From: a virus
Virus record (IMG/VR): IMGVR_UViG_3300005573_000058
Location: 74,662 to 138,661 of that record
Direction: 5' to 3' (one strand)
DNA: 64,000 nucleotides
Part shown: positions 26,483 through 36,996 of the stretch, piece after piece
How positions within the stretch are numbered: the stretch's first letter is position 1
Layout of the letters: every line of letters starts with the position of its first letter
Notes under the pieces: model-generated
Seen by the model: the letters and a program-made list of their open reading frames with translations, nothing else
Database searches by the model: none
Told to the model about the DNA's origin: nothing
Made by a program: the position numbers and the translations under genes

Positions 26483-26893
26483 ATGGAGTTACAATTATTA
26501 AGAGTAAGACAGCCTAATGAGGCATTAAAGAAGACAGGAACTGTAGCATTATTAGATGTTATGTTATTGGAGAAAAAAGATAGTATAACAATTCCTATAA
26601 TGCGATTAAATTCGGTTATAGTAAAGCAATCGTTGAAACGGCCAGGAACATATTATGTTTCGGATGGAGTATTAATGAGAGGTAAAGGTGGAGTATTGAA
26701 AAGTAAACAGGGTAGTAATTTATATTCAGTTAAATTTTTCAGATACTTTACAAACAGTATACTTAAGCTATATGGAGAATATTTAAAAGTATATAATTTA
26801 TCACCAGAAGAACCTAAAATATTAGATTCTAATAAAGGTATTATAACAGTATCAACAGAAGAAGATGAAGTAAAAGAGAGCAGAGCAAAATGA
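26483..26893 (+). CDS. second SpoVG-like protein
   Basis: pattern parallels the preceding gene (LLxVR, V..DV, I..LY..Y). Confidence 0.5.
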   Translation: MELQLLRVRQPNEALKKTGTVALLDVMLLEKKDSITIPIMRLNSVIVKQSLKRPGTYYVSDGVLMRGKGGVLKSKQGSNLYSVKFFRYFTNSILKLYGEYLKVYNLSPEEPKILDSNKGIITVSTEEDEVKESRAK

Positions 26894-28467
26894 AAATAAA
26901 ATCAATATCTGCTAGTAATTTCTCTTGTTTAAGTAAAGTAATGATACAACTAGAACATTTACCAGAAGTATTACTGATTGTTGGTAAAAACGGAACAGGA
27001 AAATCAAGTCTATTCGATATAATCTATTTTACATTAACTGGAAGATCTCTGAAGACAGTTAATATAGATAAGCTTGTTAAAAGAGGTACAAATGAAATGG
27101 AGACCGAAATTGAATTTGAGTATAACAAGAGAGTCTATAAGATAAAACGTATAAGAAAGAACAAGAAAACTGAATTGGATCTTTCAATTGATGGTAAGAA
27201 TGTTGAAGCAGACATTAACAAGATGCAACAAATAATAGCTGATATTATAGATGCATTCATGATAGAGACATTTATGATATATTCAGGCAGGTCGAAAATG
27301 TTCTTCGACCTGCCTGAAAGGAGTCAAAAATTAGCATTAACAAAATTATTTGCAAAAGATTTAGATATAGATGATGTATATGCTAAAGTGTCGTCTATAT
27401 CTAACGATGTTCAAACTAAGATAAGTGAGATCCAAGCATCTATATCTGAGATAAATAGAAGTCTTGTTGATACTAAAAATTTAAAGAATACTAGAGTAAA
27501 GTATAATTTAGAAGAGTTAAATGAATATGAAGAAGAATATAACAGTAGAAAGAAAGAATTACAACAGAAAGTAGATAAAATAGAAGGAGATATAGATAAT
27601 ATCAGAGTAACTATAGCAAGTAATAATAACGAGATTAAAATGCTGAAAGATAGAATAAAAATTTATAGTGAATTGATAAAACAAGGTAGATGCTATGTAT
27701 GCAAATCGAAGATAGGTGATGTTACAAAAGATAAATTACAGAAAGATATCTTAGAGTTAACATCTAAAGTTACAATCATGCAAAAAGATGTTGAAAAGCT
27801 GAATAAGAGATTGCAAAAATTGCAACAGGTGCTAAATGATACAGAAGCTAAAATAGGTGGTATTGAAAAGAAGTTAAGTAAAATATCGGAATATAAAACT
27901 ATTATAAAATCTGATATATCCGATAAATTAATTGCTAATCTTATCAATAAAAAAAGAAATCTTGAACAACAATTAGAACGTTATAATGAAGATATGAAAT
28001 TTTTCCTATTGTTAAAACAGTTCTATTCAAGTAAAGGTCTATTATCTATGTTAAGTAACATGTTCTATGATGCATTGAATGTGTATGCTAAAAAGTATAT
28101 AAATTATATTAATATTGATCTTGAAATAAAAGATAACATACAAGTTTTATATAATGGATTAGAATATAATATGTTATCGTCAGGTGAAAAAAGAATAGTT
28201 GATTTTATAATAATGTTAGCATGTGCTGATATAGCACATGCTAGATTAGGGATGAATGTACTTGTATTAGATGAAATATTTGATGCATTAGACTTTATGA
28301 ATGTTGAAAAAGTGTATAATATGTTACTATTATGTAATGTTCCAAAAAAGATACTTGTTACTCATCATAGTGTAAATATAAATGCTCCTAATATATTTGA
28401 TATGAATAGTTTAAGTCTGAACAGCATAGATAGTTCGTTTTCTGATTATATAAAAGTTGAAAAATAA
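26890..28467 (+). CDS. sbcC: SbcC/Rad50 (gp46-like) ATPase
   Basis: GKNGTGKSS; coiled coils; Zn hook CYVC; LSSGE; LVLDE.FDALD; VTH. Confidence 0.92.
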   Translation: MKIKSISASNFSCLSKVMIQLEHLPEVLLIVGKNGTGKSSLFDIIYFTLTGRSLKTVNIDKLVKRGTNEMETEIEFEYNKRVYKIKRIRKNKKTELDLSIDGKNVEADINKMQQIIADIIDAFMIETFMIYSGRSKMFFDLPERSQKLALTKLFAKDLDIDDVYAKVSSISNDVQTKISEIQASISEINRSLVDTKNLKNTRVKYNLEELNEYEEEYNSRKKELQQKVDKIEGDIDNIRVTIASNNNEIKMLKDRIKIYSELIKQGRCYVCKSKIGDVTKDKLQKDILELTSKVTIMQKDVEKLNKRLQKLQQVLNDTEAKIGGIEKKLSKISEYKTIIKSDISDKLIANLINKKRNLEQQLERYNEDMKFFLLLKQFYSSKGLLSMLSNMFYDALNVYAKKYINYINIDLEIKDNIQVLYNGLEYNMLSSGEKRIVDFIIMLACADIAHARLGMNVLVLDEIFDALDFMNVEKVYNMLLLCNVPKKILVTHHSVNINAPNIFDMNSLSLNSIDSSFSDYIKVEK

Positions 28468-28480
28468 AAAAGGAGGTTAT

Positions 28481-29725
28481 ATGATAATTGTTAGTATAAA
28501 TGATAAAAAAGTTAAAGAAGATCCGTTATTATTTGTAGGAAAAGTATTTAAAGAGTATTGTTATTATACTGGTTCGAAATTGATGAATATATCTGATTTG
28601 ACATCTAGAGATGTGTATTATTTAGGAAGGGATGCAAGTAAAATCGTTATAGATAGTGTTAGAGTCACCTTTATACCAAGAAATTCAAGTATATTAAAGA
28701 AATATGCATCTATAGAAGAGAATTCATTTGGTTCATACTTAAATACTGGTCTTAATTTGATTAAATTACATGGTATAAGTGACGCTGATAGAAATTTATT
28801 TAAAATGTTATTGTCTACTGAGAAACATGATCTATATCAAGTATTGAAGATAACAGGTTATTTTAGAGTAAAAGATTCAATTGAAGATGCTTCGAAATTT
28901 ATAGTTATGTTTATAGCAGGTATGACAGATACAAGTTGGAAATATTTTAATGTTGATGAATATAGTTATGCATTTAAATTTGGGTATACAAATGCAGGTG
29001 AAATTCCAGATAGATATGAGATTGTTGTAGACACAAGTTCACTTATATCTTATATGTGTAGTTTAAAAAGCAGTATTTGTAAGAGGCAGTTGACTTTTAA
29101 ATTGTACAATTCGAAGACAGGAGCATTTAAAACTGTACAAAACAAGCATATATTGTACAATCCTAATAATGAGTATGATATGATGAATGTTATTTCACCT
29201 ATGGCAATAAATTTAGATGAAAACGTATTAGAGTGTAATATAGATCCAAGTTATAATAGAATTAATAAGATTGAGATGCTTCCTTACGAATTATTGAAGA
29301 TATGTGAAGACGATAATGTGGAAATTGATAGTTCATCTCGTTCTGTGCAGTTAAAGTTAAAAAATAAAATTGAGAAAGGTGAAGATTATTTAGAAGATCC
29401 TATCAAATTTTTAACATATGATACATATAATAATATTGTAGTATCTGATATAAATGCTGTTATGTCATATGTAAAACATTATTTTGTTCCTGTTAGCAAG
29501 TATAGAAGTTTTGTAAAAGAAAATAATATAAAGAATAAAATAAAGTTGGCAAACGAGATAAGAAGTAAATATGATAAAACAGTAGACGGAATAGGACTTA
29601 TAAATGATGAAATAGATAAGATAAAGAACAACAACAAACCGCCACTTGTAATAAATGTTAACGCTGTAGATGGAGAGCCATCAGTAGAAGTTGACAGGAA
29701 TAAGTATATTGTTTACTATGTATAA
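28481..29725 (+). CDS. hypothetical protein; paralog of 9214..10272
   Basis: AGGAGG RBS before the MIIVS start (approximate); shared motifs. Confidence 0.8.
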   Translation: MIIVSINDKKVKEDPLLFVGKVFKEYCYYTGSKLMNISDLTSRDVYYLGRDASKIVIDSVRVTFIPRNSSILKKYASIEENSFGSYLNTGLNLIKLHGISDADRNLFKMLLSTEKHDLYQVLKITGYFRVKDSIEDASKFIVMFIAGMTDTSWKYFNVDEYSYAFKFGYTNAGEIPDRYEIVVDTSSLISYMCSLKSSICKRQLTFKLYNSKTGAFKTVQNKHILYNPNNEYDMMNVISPMAINLDENVLECNIDPSYNRINKIEMLPYELLKICEDDNVEIDSSSRSVQLKLKNKIEKGEDYLEDPIKFLTYDTYNNIVVSDINAVMSYVKHYFVPVSKYRSFVKENNIKNKIKLANEIRSKYDKTVDGIGLINDEIDKIKNNNKPPLVINVNAVDGEPSVEVDRNKYIVYYV

Positions 29726-29750
29726 ACAAAAAATAAGAAAGGAGAATTGT

Positions 29751-30086
29751 ATGAGAAATAAAACATTAGAAGAAAATTCAATTGATTTGAAAATTTCTGT
29801 TTATATATATGAACCTGAAGAAATGCGAGTTTATTGTAAACATTGTAAAGAGTTATTGACTTCAGTTGCATATAGTGTATTAGTAACTGAATATGGAGTT
29901 ATATATAGAGGTAATAATGGAGATACAAATTGGGATTCGTCAGATTATGAAACGCAAAGTGATACATATGTATATAGTTGTGAAAATTGTGACGAAGAAT
30001 TAGGAATAAGTCTTATAGAAGTAGAAAATCTGTTAAAATTATCTTCAATAGAGAGGCGTAATTTGAGAATATTTGATCTAAGTTAG
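29751..30086 (+). CDS. zinc-ribbon protein
   Basis: CKHC...CENC; AGGAG RBS before ATG 29751. Confidence 0.7.
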   Translation: MRNKTLEENSIDLKISVYIYEPEEMRVYCKHCKELLTSVAYSVLVTEYGVIYRGNNGDTNWDSSDYETQSDTYVYSCENCDEELGISLIEVENLLKLSSIERRNLRIFDLS

Positions 30087-30094
30087 GAGGTCAA

Positions 30095-30514
30095 ATGAGT
30101 GTCAGAGCATATTTGGTAAGGAGACGTTACATTGATGGAGGATATGTAGATACAGTTAAGTATAAAGATGAATTGTTTAGTTTATGGAACGACGGACTTT
30201 TAGTTGGTTACTTAGAAGAATATCTGCCACCAGTAATGGATATTTCATGTTCATTTGTATGTGAAATACATATCGATAATTTAAAGAATATATATGATAC
30301 AATAAAGAAAGATTATGACGAGTATAAAATTGAAAAAGTAGATAAACAAAAGGAGTTAGCTTTGTCTATATCTTCAGGTAGAAAAGAAGATGAAGCAGTA
30401 AAAATTCTAGAAAAAAGAGAATCAGAATTTCAAGAAGCAATAAAAATAGTGAAGAGAATGATAGATTTAGCATTAAAGACGGAAGATAAATATTTGAGAA
30501 TGACGTTTTTCTAA
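30095..30514 (+). CDS. hypothetical protein
   Basis: RBS; 139 aa. Confidence 0.8.
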   Translation: MSVRAYLVRRRYIDGGYVDTVKYKDELFSLWNDGLLVGYLEEYLPPVMDISCSFVCEIHIDNLKNIYDTIKKDYDEYKIEKVDKQKELALSISSGRKEDEAVKILEKRESEFQEAIKIVKRMIDLALKTEDKYLRMTFF

Positions 30515-30522
30515 AGGAGGAA

Positions 30523-30759
30523 TTGATGGAAACAAAGATAGTAGAAACAATATTATATCATCTTGAACTTGCAAGGAAGAAGAAAGATAATGATGTAGAA
30601 GTAGCATATGAGTTAGTAGCTCTGCTCCATGATATTACAAAGATAGTGGAACATGAAATACCTAAATATTTAATATCTAAACTATATAATATAATAGATG
30701 AATATAAAAAAGTGAAACAGTTAAAAGAATGTATAAAGGAATTGTTAGATGAAAAGTAA
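30523..30759 (+). CDS. hypothetical protein
   Basis: RBS; ALLHDI motif. Confidence 0.7.
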   Translation: MMETKIVETILYHLELARKKKDNDVEVAYELVALLHDITKIVEHEIPKYLISKLYNIIDEYKKVKQLKECIKELLDEK

Positions 30760-30774
30760 GAACGGAGGTGTTAA

Positions 30775-31362
30775 TTGAGAAATAAGGATAATAGAATACC
30801 ATTATTTAATAGTCTCATAGAGCCAGAAAACTTAGAGGAATTAATAGAAATATCGAAAAACTGTAAAAACTGTGACTTATACAAAGAAAGAAAACAGGTT
30901 GTGATAGGAAAAGGAAATATTCATAGTAGGATATTATTTGTAGGACAGAATCCTGGAGCAGAAGAAGATAAAATAGGTCAGCCATTTGTAGGTTTATGTG
31001 GAAGAATATTACATGAATGCATCGATGAAATAGGATTGGCAATAGATGAATATTATATATCAAATGCAGTTTGGTGCAAAACTCCATTTAACAGACCGCC
31101 ATCAACAAGTGAGATGAACAGTTGTAAGTGGATATTTAAATTAATTAAGATTATGAAGCCAGAGCTGATTATAACTGTTGGTAAAACAGCAACTGTTCAA
31201 ATATTAAAAACAGAGATAGCAATGAAAGAAGCAGTTAAAAATGTATATGAACTGCCTGAATATACAGTTATACCTGTATATCATCCATCAGTTGTTTTAC
31301 GAAATGTAATATCTGAAGCTGAATATAGAAGAGTATTTAGAAGAATAAAAGAATATAAGTAA
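30775..31362 (+). CDS. family-4 ([4Fe-4S]) uracil-DNA glycosylase
   Basis: CKNC.L; VGQNPG..ED..G.PFVG; NAV.C..P.NR.P; YHPS. Confidence 0.92.
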   Translation: MRNKDNRIPLFNSLIEPENLEELIEISKNCKNCDLYKERKQVVIGKGNIHSRILFVGQNPGAEEDKIGQPFVGLCGRILHECIDEIGLAIDEYYISNAVWCKTPFNRPPSTSEMNSCKWIFKLIKIMKPELIITVGKTATVQILKTEIAMKEAVKNVYELPEYTVIPVYHPSVVLRNVISEAEYRRVFRRIKEYK

Positions 31363-31593
31363 TAAGAACAGATAATTAACAAAGAAGTTAACTATCTGTT
31401 CTTATAAAAAATTTACAGAGTAAAAAAATTTATAGTTGGATACGAACTAGTTTCTAAGATGTGAACTTTTTGTTTCATTAATATGAACTAATTTAAAAAA
31501 TACAGAGGTAGAAAATTTAAATCAGGTATGAACTTTTTGTTTTTTATAATATGCATATACTAGTTAAAAATTTTATTTTTTTTTAAAAAATAC

Positions 31594-31622
31594 TTGACAA
31601 AATGAAAAAATATTATTATATG
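31594..31622 (+). promoter_or_regulatory. sigmaA/70-type promoter opening the replication module
   Basis: TTGACA-N17-TATATG; near-duplicate of the promoter at 40641, including the downstream taaacaagggaggta. Confidence 0.65.
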
Positions 31623-31730
31623 TATATTACTAAACAAGGGAGGTAATTATGGTTGAAAAATTAGTAGTAAAAAAAGATGTTGGTTATAATTGGTTACGGT
31701 ATTGCAATCTTACTTATAAGGAGTTACTTA

Positions 31731-34700
31731 ATGGATAGAATGGTAAAAAAACGTAATGGTCATATAGTTCAATTTGAAAGATCTAAAATTTTTACAACTA
31801 TTAAAAACGCATTTGCAAGTATAAATCATCCTATATCAGATGATAAAATAGATGAAATTGTAAATAATATTGAAATTGAATTACATAAAAGATTTTTTAA
31901 AAAAGGTAGTATACCATCAGTTGAAGAAATACAAGATATAGTAGAACATATATTAATGAAAAAGAACTATACTGATGTTGCAAAGTCTTATATTTTATAT
32001 AGACAACAACGAAAGGAGAATAGAGAATTAAAGAACTTATTTAAAGGAGTTGAAAATATTGTAGATGATTATATATCAGAAAGTGATTGGAAAGTTAAAG
32101 AAAATGCAAATATAATATTCTCAGTTCAAGGACTTAATAATTATATATCGTCTGCTATAGCATCTAAGTATTGGTTGAACAAAATATATCCTGAAGAAAT
32201 AAAAGAAGCTCATGAAAATGGTGATATATATATTCATGATCTTGGAACTATCGGATCATATACGTTCTTTGGAAAAGAAGTAGTAATAGCCAAGTTAAAT
32301 GGAGATATTAAACTCCTTTCTCTTGAGGATCTTTATGAAGAAATTCCAGAGCCTGAAATTCTTCTAAATGAAAAAGATGAAGCTTTTGCAAAATATCCGA
32401 AAGAGTTTTTTGTTTTGGATAGAAACGAATGGACGAAAGTTTTGAGAATGGTAAGAAAGAGAAAAGATAGAGAAATGAGATTTATTAAATCAGAGCAGGG
32501 TCAAGGTGTAATTGTTACTGATAATCATCCTTTTATTGTTAAAGAAAAACCTGATGCATTAGAAAGAGAAATTGAGGCAAAAGGAGTTCAAGTAAAAAAT
32601 CATTTAATTTTGAGTTGTCATATTCCTTCTCTTTTAGTTAGTGAAAAATTATTTTTCAAAAAACATATTTACTTAGCAGAAGAGCTTTTAAAAAGAAATT
32701 ATGAAAACTTTTTTCTCGAAGGGTTCTATTGGAAAGATTTTATGGAAAATTGGGGAGGATCTTTAAGAGTTGAAGGAACTTTCAGCACTTCAAATAGCGC
32801 TAATAGCTTAGACAATAAATTAGAACTTACTGAAGATCTTGGATATTTAGTTGGATTTTTTATAGCTGAAGGTAATTACGATAGCTGGAAATTAAATATT
32901 ACTAATAGTGAAGAAGAGATAATTGAAAAAATTCAAAGAATCTGTGCCCGCTTAGGAATAAGAACTTATGTGAGAGAAAAGGAAGGTAAAACAAAGACTA
33001 TTTCAATTAATTCGAGTACTTTAAAGATTGTTTTTGAAAAAATTTTTCAAATAAAACCATTAAGTAAAAATAAAAATTTACCTTACGATATTTTAACTTA
33101 TAATTCCGATTTTATAAAAGGGTTGATTGCAGGAATTATTGATGGGGATGGAAGTATTAGTGGAGAAACTCAAATTATAATTCGAGTAGCTTCTAGAACG
33201 ATGCTTGAGCAGATTGCAATTTTACTCCAATTTTTGGGAATTGTTCCTCGAACTGGAGTTTCCATCAAAGATATAGGAAAGAAAAGAAATTTTAGGGGAA
33301 AAGAAATTGTTCAAAATTATCCTCTTTATAGGCTTACTTTTTCTAAAAAAGAAAACGTGGATTTTCCATCTTTGAAATATCAAAAAGCAAAACCTGCTAA
33401 AACACATTGGAGATCAGAAAATTACGGATGGAATAGAGTATTAAATAACGAAGCTACAACTATTCCTGACAAGTTTATTTACGACATTACTACTGAATCT
33501 AATACATTTTTATGTAATTCCATTTTAGTTCACAATTGTACAGGATGGGATCTTGAAGATTTACTAAGAAAAGGATTTGGAGGAGTTCAAGGTAAAATAT
33601 CATCTGCTCCTCCTAAGCATTTTAGAACTGCTCTAGGTCAGTTAGTAAATTTTTTATTTTCTGTTCAGATGGAAGTAGCAGGAGCTGTTGCTGTATCTAA
33701 TTTTAATACATTGTTAGCTCCTTTTATAAAATATGATAAGTTAGATAGAGTTCAAGTGAAACAAGCATTACAAGAATTTGTATATAATATGAATGTATCT
33801 ACTAGATCAGGTGGACAATCTCCTTTTTCTAATGTCACATTAGATCTTGAAATACCTGAACATTTTAAAGGTAAAAAAGTTATTATAGCTGGTAAGGAAC
33901 AAGATGCTACATATGATGAATTTGAAAATGAAATGAACTTATTTATTGATGTTTTTACAGAGGTTTTAACTGAAGGTGATTACAATAAAAGAATATTTAC
34001 TTTTCCTATACCTACTATAGCAATAACAAAAACTCTTAACTGGAATAATCCAGCATATGAAAATATATGGAAAGCAACAGCTAAATATGGTTATTTTTAT
34101 TTTGCTAATTATGTAAATTCAGATATGAAACCAGAAGATATACGTTCGATGTGTTTTACAGCTGATACTCGATTAATTTATAAGGAGGGAAAGCACAGTC
34201 GATATCAAAGGACAACAATTAGAAATTTGGTAAATAATTGGAATCCAAAAAAGGAATTTTATCTTCTAATAAATGGGAAGTGGGTAAAAATTATCGATGC
34301 ATTCAAATTAAAAAATAATTCAGGGAAGATTATCAAAGTTGAGTTAAGGAATGGAGAAATAATTAAAATGACACCTGACCATCCAGCAATGATAATTGAA
34401 AATGGAAAATTGAAACAAGTTTTAGCAAAAAATTTAAAAGTGGGAGATTTTATTCCAATAGCCAAAAATACTTATGAGGGTAGATTGGGAGATTTTGAAC
34501 TGGGAAGGTGGTTAGGTTTATATGTTTCCGAAGGAGGGATTAATAAAAATGAGATCTATTTTTCCTTTAATAAAAATGAAAAGGAATTACAAGAATTTGT
34601 AAAAAAAGTAGCCGAAGAGAGATTTGCTTTTCCAGTAAGAGTTACGAAAGATCCAAGGTGGGATACAATTCAGGTTTGGGTAAAAAGTAAATCGGCAGTT

Positions 34701-36176
34701 GAATGGGTAAGAAAATTCTGTTCTGGAGAAAAAGCTCCACGAAAAAGATTGTTAGCCTCTTTATATGGAATGTCAAAAGATTTTAGATTAGGAGTTTTAG
34801 TAGGAATATACCAAGGTGACGGCTATGAAAGGGATGTAGAATTTCATACCACAAATAGGAAATTGAGAGATGATGTCGCAGATTTGGCTAGAAGCATAGG
34901 AATTAACTACACGAAAAGAATTAACCCGAATAACACTAAAGGTGAAAAAAATTACACTTCTTATGTATTAAGACTTTGCCGAGATAGCCTAAAAGAGTTA
35001 GCGCCTTATTTTAAAAATATAAAAATATCAAATTCTTCAATTTTCAGAGATTTTGGTGATTTTTATGGAATAAAAATTAAATCAATTAAAGTTCAAAATT
35101 ACTATGCTTCTGTTTATGATTTCGAAGTAGACTCAAAAGAGCATCTTTTTCAACTATCTAATGGGGTTATTACCCATAATTGTTGTAGATTATCATTGAA
35201 TATGAAAGAGTTACGTAAGAGGACTGGAGGAGTTTTTGGAGCAGGAAATTTAAGTGGAAGTTGCGGGATTGTTACAATTAATTTACCAAGATTAGGCTAT
35301 GTTTCAAAAGATGAGAATGAATTTTTCTCCAGATTGGATCATTTACTTGAACTAGCTAAAACATCATTAGAAATAAAAAGAAAAACTGTTGAACAGCTAA
35401 CTGAAAAGAATTTTTATCCTTATTGTAAAGTTTATCTTGAACCTGTTAAACAAACAACTAATCGATATTGGTCTAATCATTTTTCAACTATAGGAATCAT
35501 AGGGTTAAATGAATGTTCTCTTAACTTTTTGGGCGTAGGTATTGAACAGAAAGAAGGTCATGATTTCGCCCAAAAAGTATTATTGCATATAAGAGAAAAA
35601 ATAGCACAATTTCAAGAAGAAACTGGAAATTTATACAATCTTGAGGCTGTTCCTGGTGAAGGTTCTTCTTATTCATTAGCTTTAAAGGATAAAAAACGCT
35701 TTCCAAGAATAAAAACACAAGGTACAGATACTGCTCCATATTATACGAATGGAACAGGACCTGCTCTTTCAACCAATCTAGACATATTTGATTATGTTAG
35801 AATTCAAGATGACTTGATATCATTATTGACAGGTGGAGGTGTTGTTCATCTATTTTTAGGTGAAAATATAAATGATTGGCAAATGGCAAAGGAATTAGTT
35901 AAAAAAGTTACATCAATGTTCAAAGTTCCATATTTAAGTATTACTCCTAGTTTCTCAATATGCCCAGTTCATGGTTATATACCAGGTGTTCACAAGTATT
36001 GTCCTTATCCACATACGGAGGAAGATATTAGTAAATATGGTATTGAAATAGAAGTTACAAAGAATGATTTATCTGGTATGCCTGGAGGTAGTTATGCTAT
36101 AATAAATAAAGATGAACAAAGTAATAAAGAACAGGAGAAAAAGATAGATTTGAAATTGTTTAAAAAGGAGGTATGA
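31731..36176 (+). CDS. nrdD: class III anaerobic ribonucleotide reductase with ATP cone and two inteins; lacks the C-terminal glycyl-radical loop
   Basis: VKKRNG ATP cone; HDL..Y|CxGW; SM|CCRL; PGEGSSY; YYTN; ends after CPVHG...CPYPH; AAGGAG RBS before ATG 31731. Confidence 0.93.
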   Translation: MDRMVKKRNGHIVQFERSKIFTTIKNAFASINHPISDDKIDEIVNNIEIELHKRFFKKGSIPSVEEIQDIVEHILMKKNYTDVAKSYILYRQQRKENRELKNLFKGVENIVDDYISESDWKVKENANIIFSVQGLNNYISSAIASKYWLNKIYPEEIKEAHENGDIYIHDLGTIGSYTFFGKEVVIAKLNGDIKLLSLEDLYEEIPEPEILLNEKDEAFAKYPKEFFVLDRNEWTKVLRMVRKRKDREMRFIKSEQGQGVIVTDNHPFIVKEKPDALEREIEAKGVQVKNHLILSCHIPSLLVSEKLFFKKHIYLAEELLKRNYENFFLEGFYWKDFMENWGGSLRVEGTFSTSNSANSLDNKLELTEDLGYLVGFFIAEGNYDSWKLNITNSEEEIIEKIQRICARLGIRTYVREKEGKTKTISINSSTLKIVFEKIFQIKPLSKNKNLPYDILTYNSDFIKGLIAGIIDGDGSISGETQIIIRVASRTMLEQIAILLQFLGIVPRTGVSIKDIGKKRNFRGKEIVQNYPLYRLTFSKKENVDFPSLKYQKAKPAKTHWRSENYGWNRVLNNEATTIPDKFIYDITTESNTFLCNSILVHNCTGWDLEDLLRKGFGGVQGKISSAPPKHFRTALGQLVNFLFSVQMEVAGAVAVSNFNTLLAPFIKYDKLDRVQVKQALQEFVYNMNVSTRSGGQSPFSNVTLDLEIPEHFKGKKVIIAGKEQDATYDEFENEMNLFIDVFTEVLTEGDYNKRIFTFPIPTIAITKTLNWNNPAYENIWKATAKYGYFYFANYVNSDMKPEDIRSMCFTADTRLIYKEGKHSRYQRTTIRNLVNNWNPKKEFYLLINGKWVKIIDAFKLKNNSGKIIKVELRNGEIIKMTPDHPAMIIENGKLKQVLAKNLKVGDFIPIAKNTYEGRLGDFELGRWLGLYVSEGGINKNEIYFSFNKNEKELQEFVKKVAEERFAFPVRVTKDPRWDTIQVWVKSKSAVEWVRKFCSGEKAPRKRLLASLYGMSKDFRLGVLVGIYQGDGYERDVEFHTTNRKLRDDVADLARSIGINYTKRINPNNTKGEKNYTSYVLRLCRDSLKELAPYFKNIKISNSSIFRDFGDFYGIKIKSIKVQNYYASVYDFEVDSKEHLFQLSNGVITHNCCRLSLNMKELRKRTGGVFGAGNLSGSCGIVTINLPRLGYVSKDENEFFSRLDHLLELAKTSLEIKRKTVEQLTEKNFYPYCKVYLEPVKQTTNRYWSNHFSTIGIIGLNECSLNFLGVGIEQKEGHDFAQKVLLHIREKIAQFQEETGNLYNLEAVPGEGSSYSLALKDKKRFPRIKTQGTDTAPYYTNGTGPALSTNLDIFDYVRIQDDLISLLTGGGVVHLFLGENINDWQMAKELVKKVTSMFKVPYLSITPSFSICPVHGYIPGVHKYCPYPHTEEDISKYGIEIEVTKNDLSGMPGGSYAIINKDEQSNKEQEKKIDLKLFKKEV
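32262..33536 (+). mobile_element. intein 1 in NrdD (425 aa) with LAGLIDADG endonuclease; starts with Thr
   Basis: TFFGKE...; block B VTDNHP; LGYLVGFFIAEG; IAGIIDGDG; YDITT...LVHN/C. Confidence 0.9.
34152..35180 (+). mobile_element. intein 2 in NrdD (343 aa) with LAGLIDADG endonuclease
   Basis: CFTADT; TPDHP; LGLYVSEG; VGIYQGDG; VYDFEV...ITHN/C. Confidence 0.93.
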
Positions 36177-36692
36177 ATGAAAACTAAAACTTTAAAAAAA
36201 GATTCTAAAGAACAGAATAATAATAAGTTAGATGCTGTATGTGTTTTTATAACATCGTTATCATCAAAAGTTGTTTTAACTAATGAACATATGAAAAATA
36301 TAAAAGAATCTTATTTAGATATTTATAAGAATAGCAAGTTTAAAAAAGATAAAATGAATACTGGAACAGATTTATCATTGTTTTTAAAATTATTTAGTGC
36401 TGTACCTGAAGAATGTAGTAGCGGTGAGATGTATATATGTTCTAATAAGGAAGGTGAAGCTATATTAAATAAACGATATTTATTAAAAGATAACAATAAT
36501 ATTGTACATTTAGAGAAAGACATAAATGCACCTTTAATCAGGATTTATAGTGGTAAAATAACATTATTTACAACAATTATAAAAATAGATAGCAAAGATA
36601 TAAATACAAAGCAGAAGATATTACAGTTGTATGGAGAAGAAGATAGAAGAAAAAATGATACATATGAGACGATAAAATGTATCTTAATATAA
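36177..36692 (+). CDS. hypothetical protein
   Basis: RBS; 171 aa. Confidence 0.75.
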   Translation: MKTKTLKKDSKEQNNNKLDAVCVFITSLSSKVVLTNEHMKNIKESYLDIYKNSKFKKDKMNTGTDLSLFLKLFSAVPEECSSGEMYICSNKEGEAILNKRYLLKDNNNIVHLEKDINAPLIRIYSGKITLFTTIIKIDSKDINTKQKILQLYGEEDRRKNDTYETIKCILI

Positions 36693-36708
36693 TAAAAAGG
36701 AGGTCATT

Positions 36709-36996
36709 ATGTGTTTATGTAATTGTACAATGGAAGTAATAAAAGAGATACCTATAAAATGTCCAGTATGTAATGGTACAGGTGAATATAAAGGAAAAGA
36801 GTGTAAGGCATGTAATGGTAAAGGAATAGTAGTAATGATTGAAAAAGATTATTATAAAGATAATAGTATATTAGAACCTTACATAACATATACTGCAACT
36901 ATAGATCCAGATTTTATACTTACTTGGTATTCTACTGATATAATATATGATAATCAGGAGTTGAATGATGAAAAAAATGAGAAAAAAGCAGATTAA
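36709..36996 (+). CDS. DnaJ-type zinc-finger protein
   Basis: CPVCNGTG...CKACNGKG. Confidence 0.7.
   Translation: MCLCNCTMEVIKEIPIKCPVCNGTGEYKGKECKACNGKGIVVMIEKDYYKDNSILEPYITYTATIDPDFILTWYSTDIIYDNQELNDEKNEKKAD

Noticed and set aside
31649-31738. 29-aa ORF before nrdD (MVEKLVVKKD...)
   Set aside because: It has a strong RBS but is too short and featureless to call confidently; it may be a leader peptide or remnant.
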